This document shows positions 63,961 through 64,000 of a stretch of DNA of 64,000 bases, piece after piece. The stretch lies in contig CAYGSL010000008.1 of the NCBI GenBank assembly GCA_964352475.1, positions 8,191 through 72,190 of the forward strand, read 5' to 3'. Source of the stretch: an uncultured Pseudomonadales bacterium. GTDB lineage: Bacteria; Pseudomonadota; Gammaproteobacteria; Pseudomonadales; JAUIET01. The translations under genes and the position numbers were made by a program. Position 1 is the stretch's first letter. Every line of letters begins with the position of its first letter. The notes beneath the pieces were generated by a model, which had not been told where the DNA came from, searched no databases, and saw only the letters and a program-made list of their open reading frames with translations.

Positions 63961-64000
63961 GAGCTCACTATCTTACGCCAATGATGTGCCTTGTTGCGTA

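Noticed and set aside
1-64000. Scan for tRNA, rRNA, IS or transposase, integrase, phage or toxin-antitoxin signatures
   Set aside because: None recognised. Intergenic regions are short, and all large ORFs have metabolic, envelope or housekeeping motifs. This was a by-eye scan, so small RNAs could be missed.

Overview
64-kb chromosomal segment that looks gammaproteobacterial. The right-hand 10 kb carries housekeeping synteny: pdxJ, ppiA, a ygiM-like SH3 gene, yciB, trpH-yciO, scpA-scpB-rluB, and yciK-HAD phosphatase-ubiG. I call about 66 protein-coding genes at very high coding density. I saw no rRNA, tRNA, CRISPR array, IS element or prophage signal. All functional calls rest on motifs read from the supplied or my own translations plus gene order; no database search was possible. 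(1) 0-4.7 kb holds a divergent cluster of secreted proteins and lipoproteins with CxxCH heme-type motifs, one of them a TolB-like beta-propeller. One gene (1..685, minus strand) is missing from the ORF track because it is cut by the window edge. (2) 4.9-19.7 kb is an envelope island and the most interesting part. It has two paralogous SH3 + small OM beta-barrel modules, with a TlpA-thioredoxin/DUF4266/DUF3570/ApbE module between them. A translationally coupled operon follows: three TPR proteins, two small secreted proteins, MotA/TolQ/ExbB, two ExbD/TolR and a TonB-C-like protein with a Pro/Lys spacer. No TonB-dependent receptor is present. Content and order resemble the Myxococcus Agl-Glt / Nfs envelope machines, whose function outside Myxococcales is unknown as far as I know. 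(3) 19.8-25.1 kb and 35.8-48.8 kb are lipid or unknown-substrate catabolic blocks. They contain two adjacent acyl-CoA dehydrogenase pairs of the catalytic + non-catalytic type, SDRs, LLM oxidoreductases, GMC and FAD oxidoreductases, esterases, MFS transporters and an enolase-superfamily enzyme. A 58-aa rubredoxin not listed in the ORF track sits between an ACAD and an SDR. (4) 25-35 kb carries an orphan 7TMR-DISM histidine kinase and a metzincin protease. The protease has a GlyGly-CTERM-like sorting signal that is not at its C-terminus and reads in frame into a lipoprotein module. A nested palindromic intergenic element, a sulfotransferase, dinB-olsB-olsA, an AGCS symporter with a large insertion, and pdxH follow.
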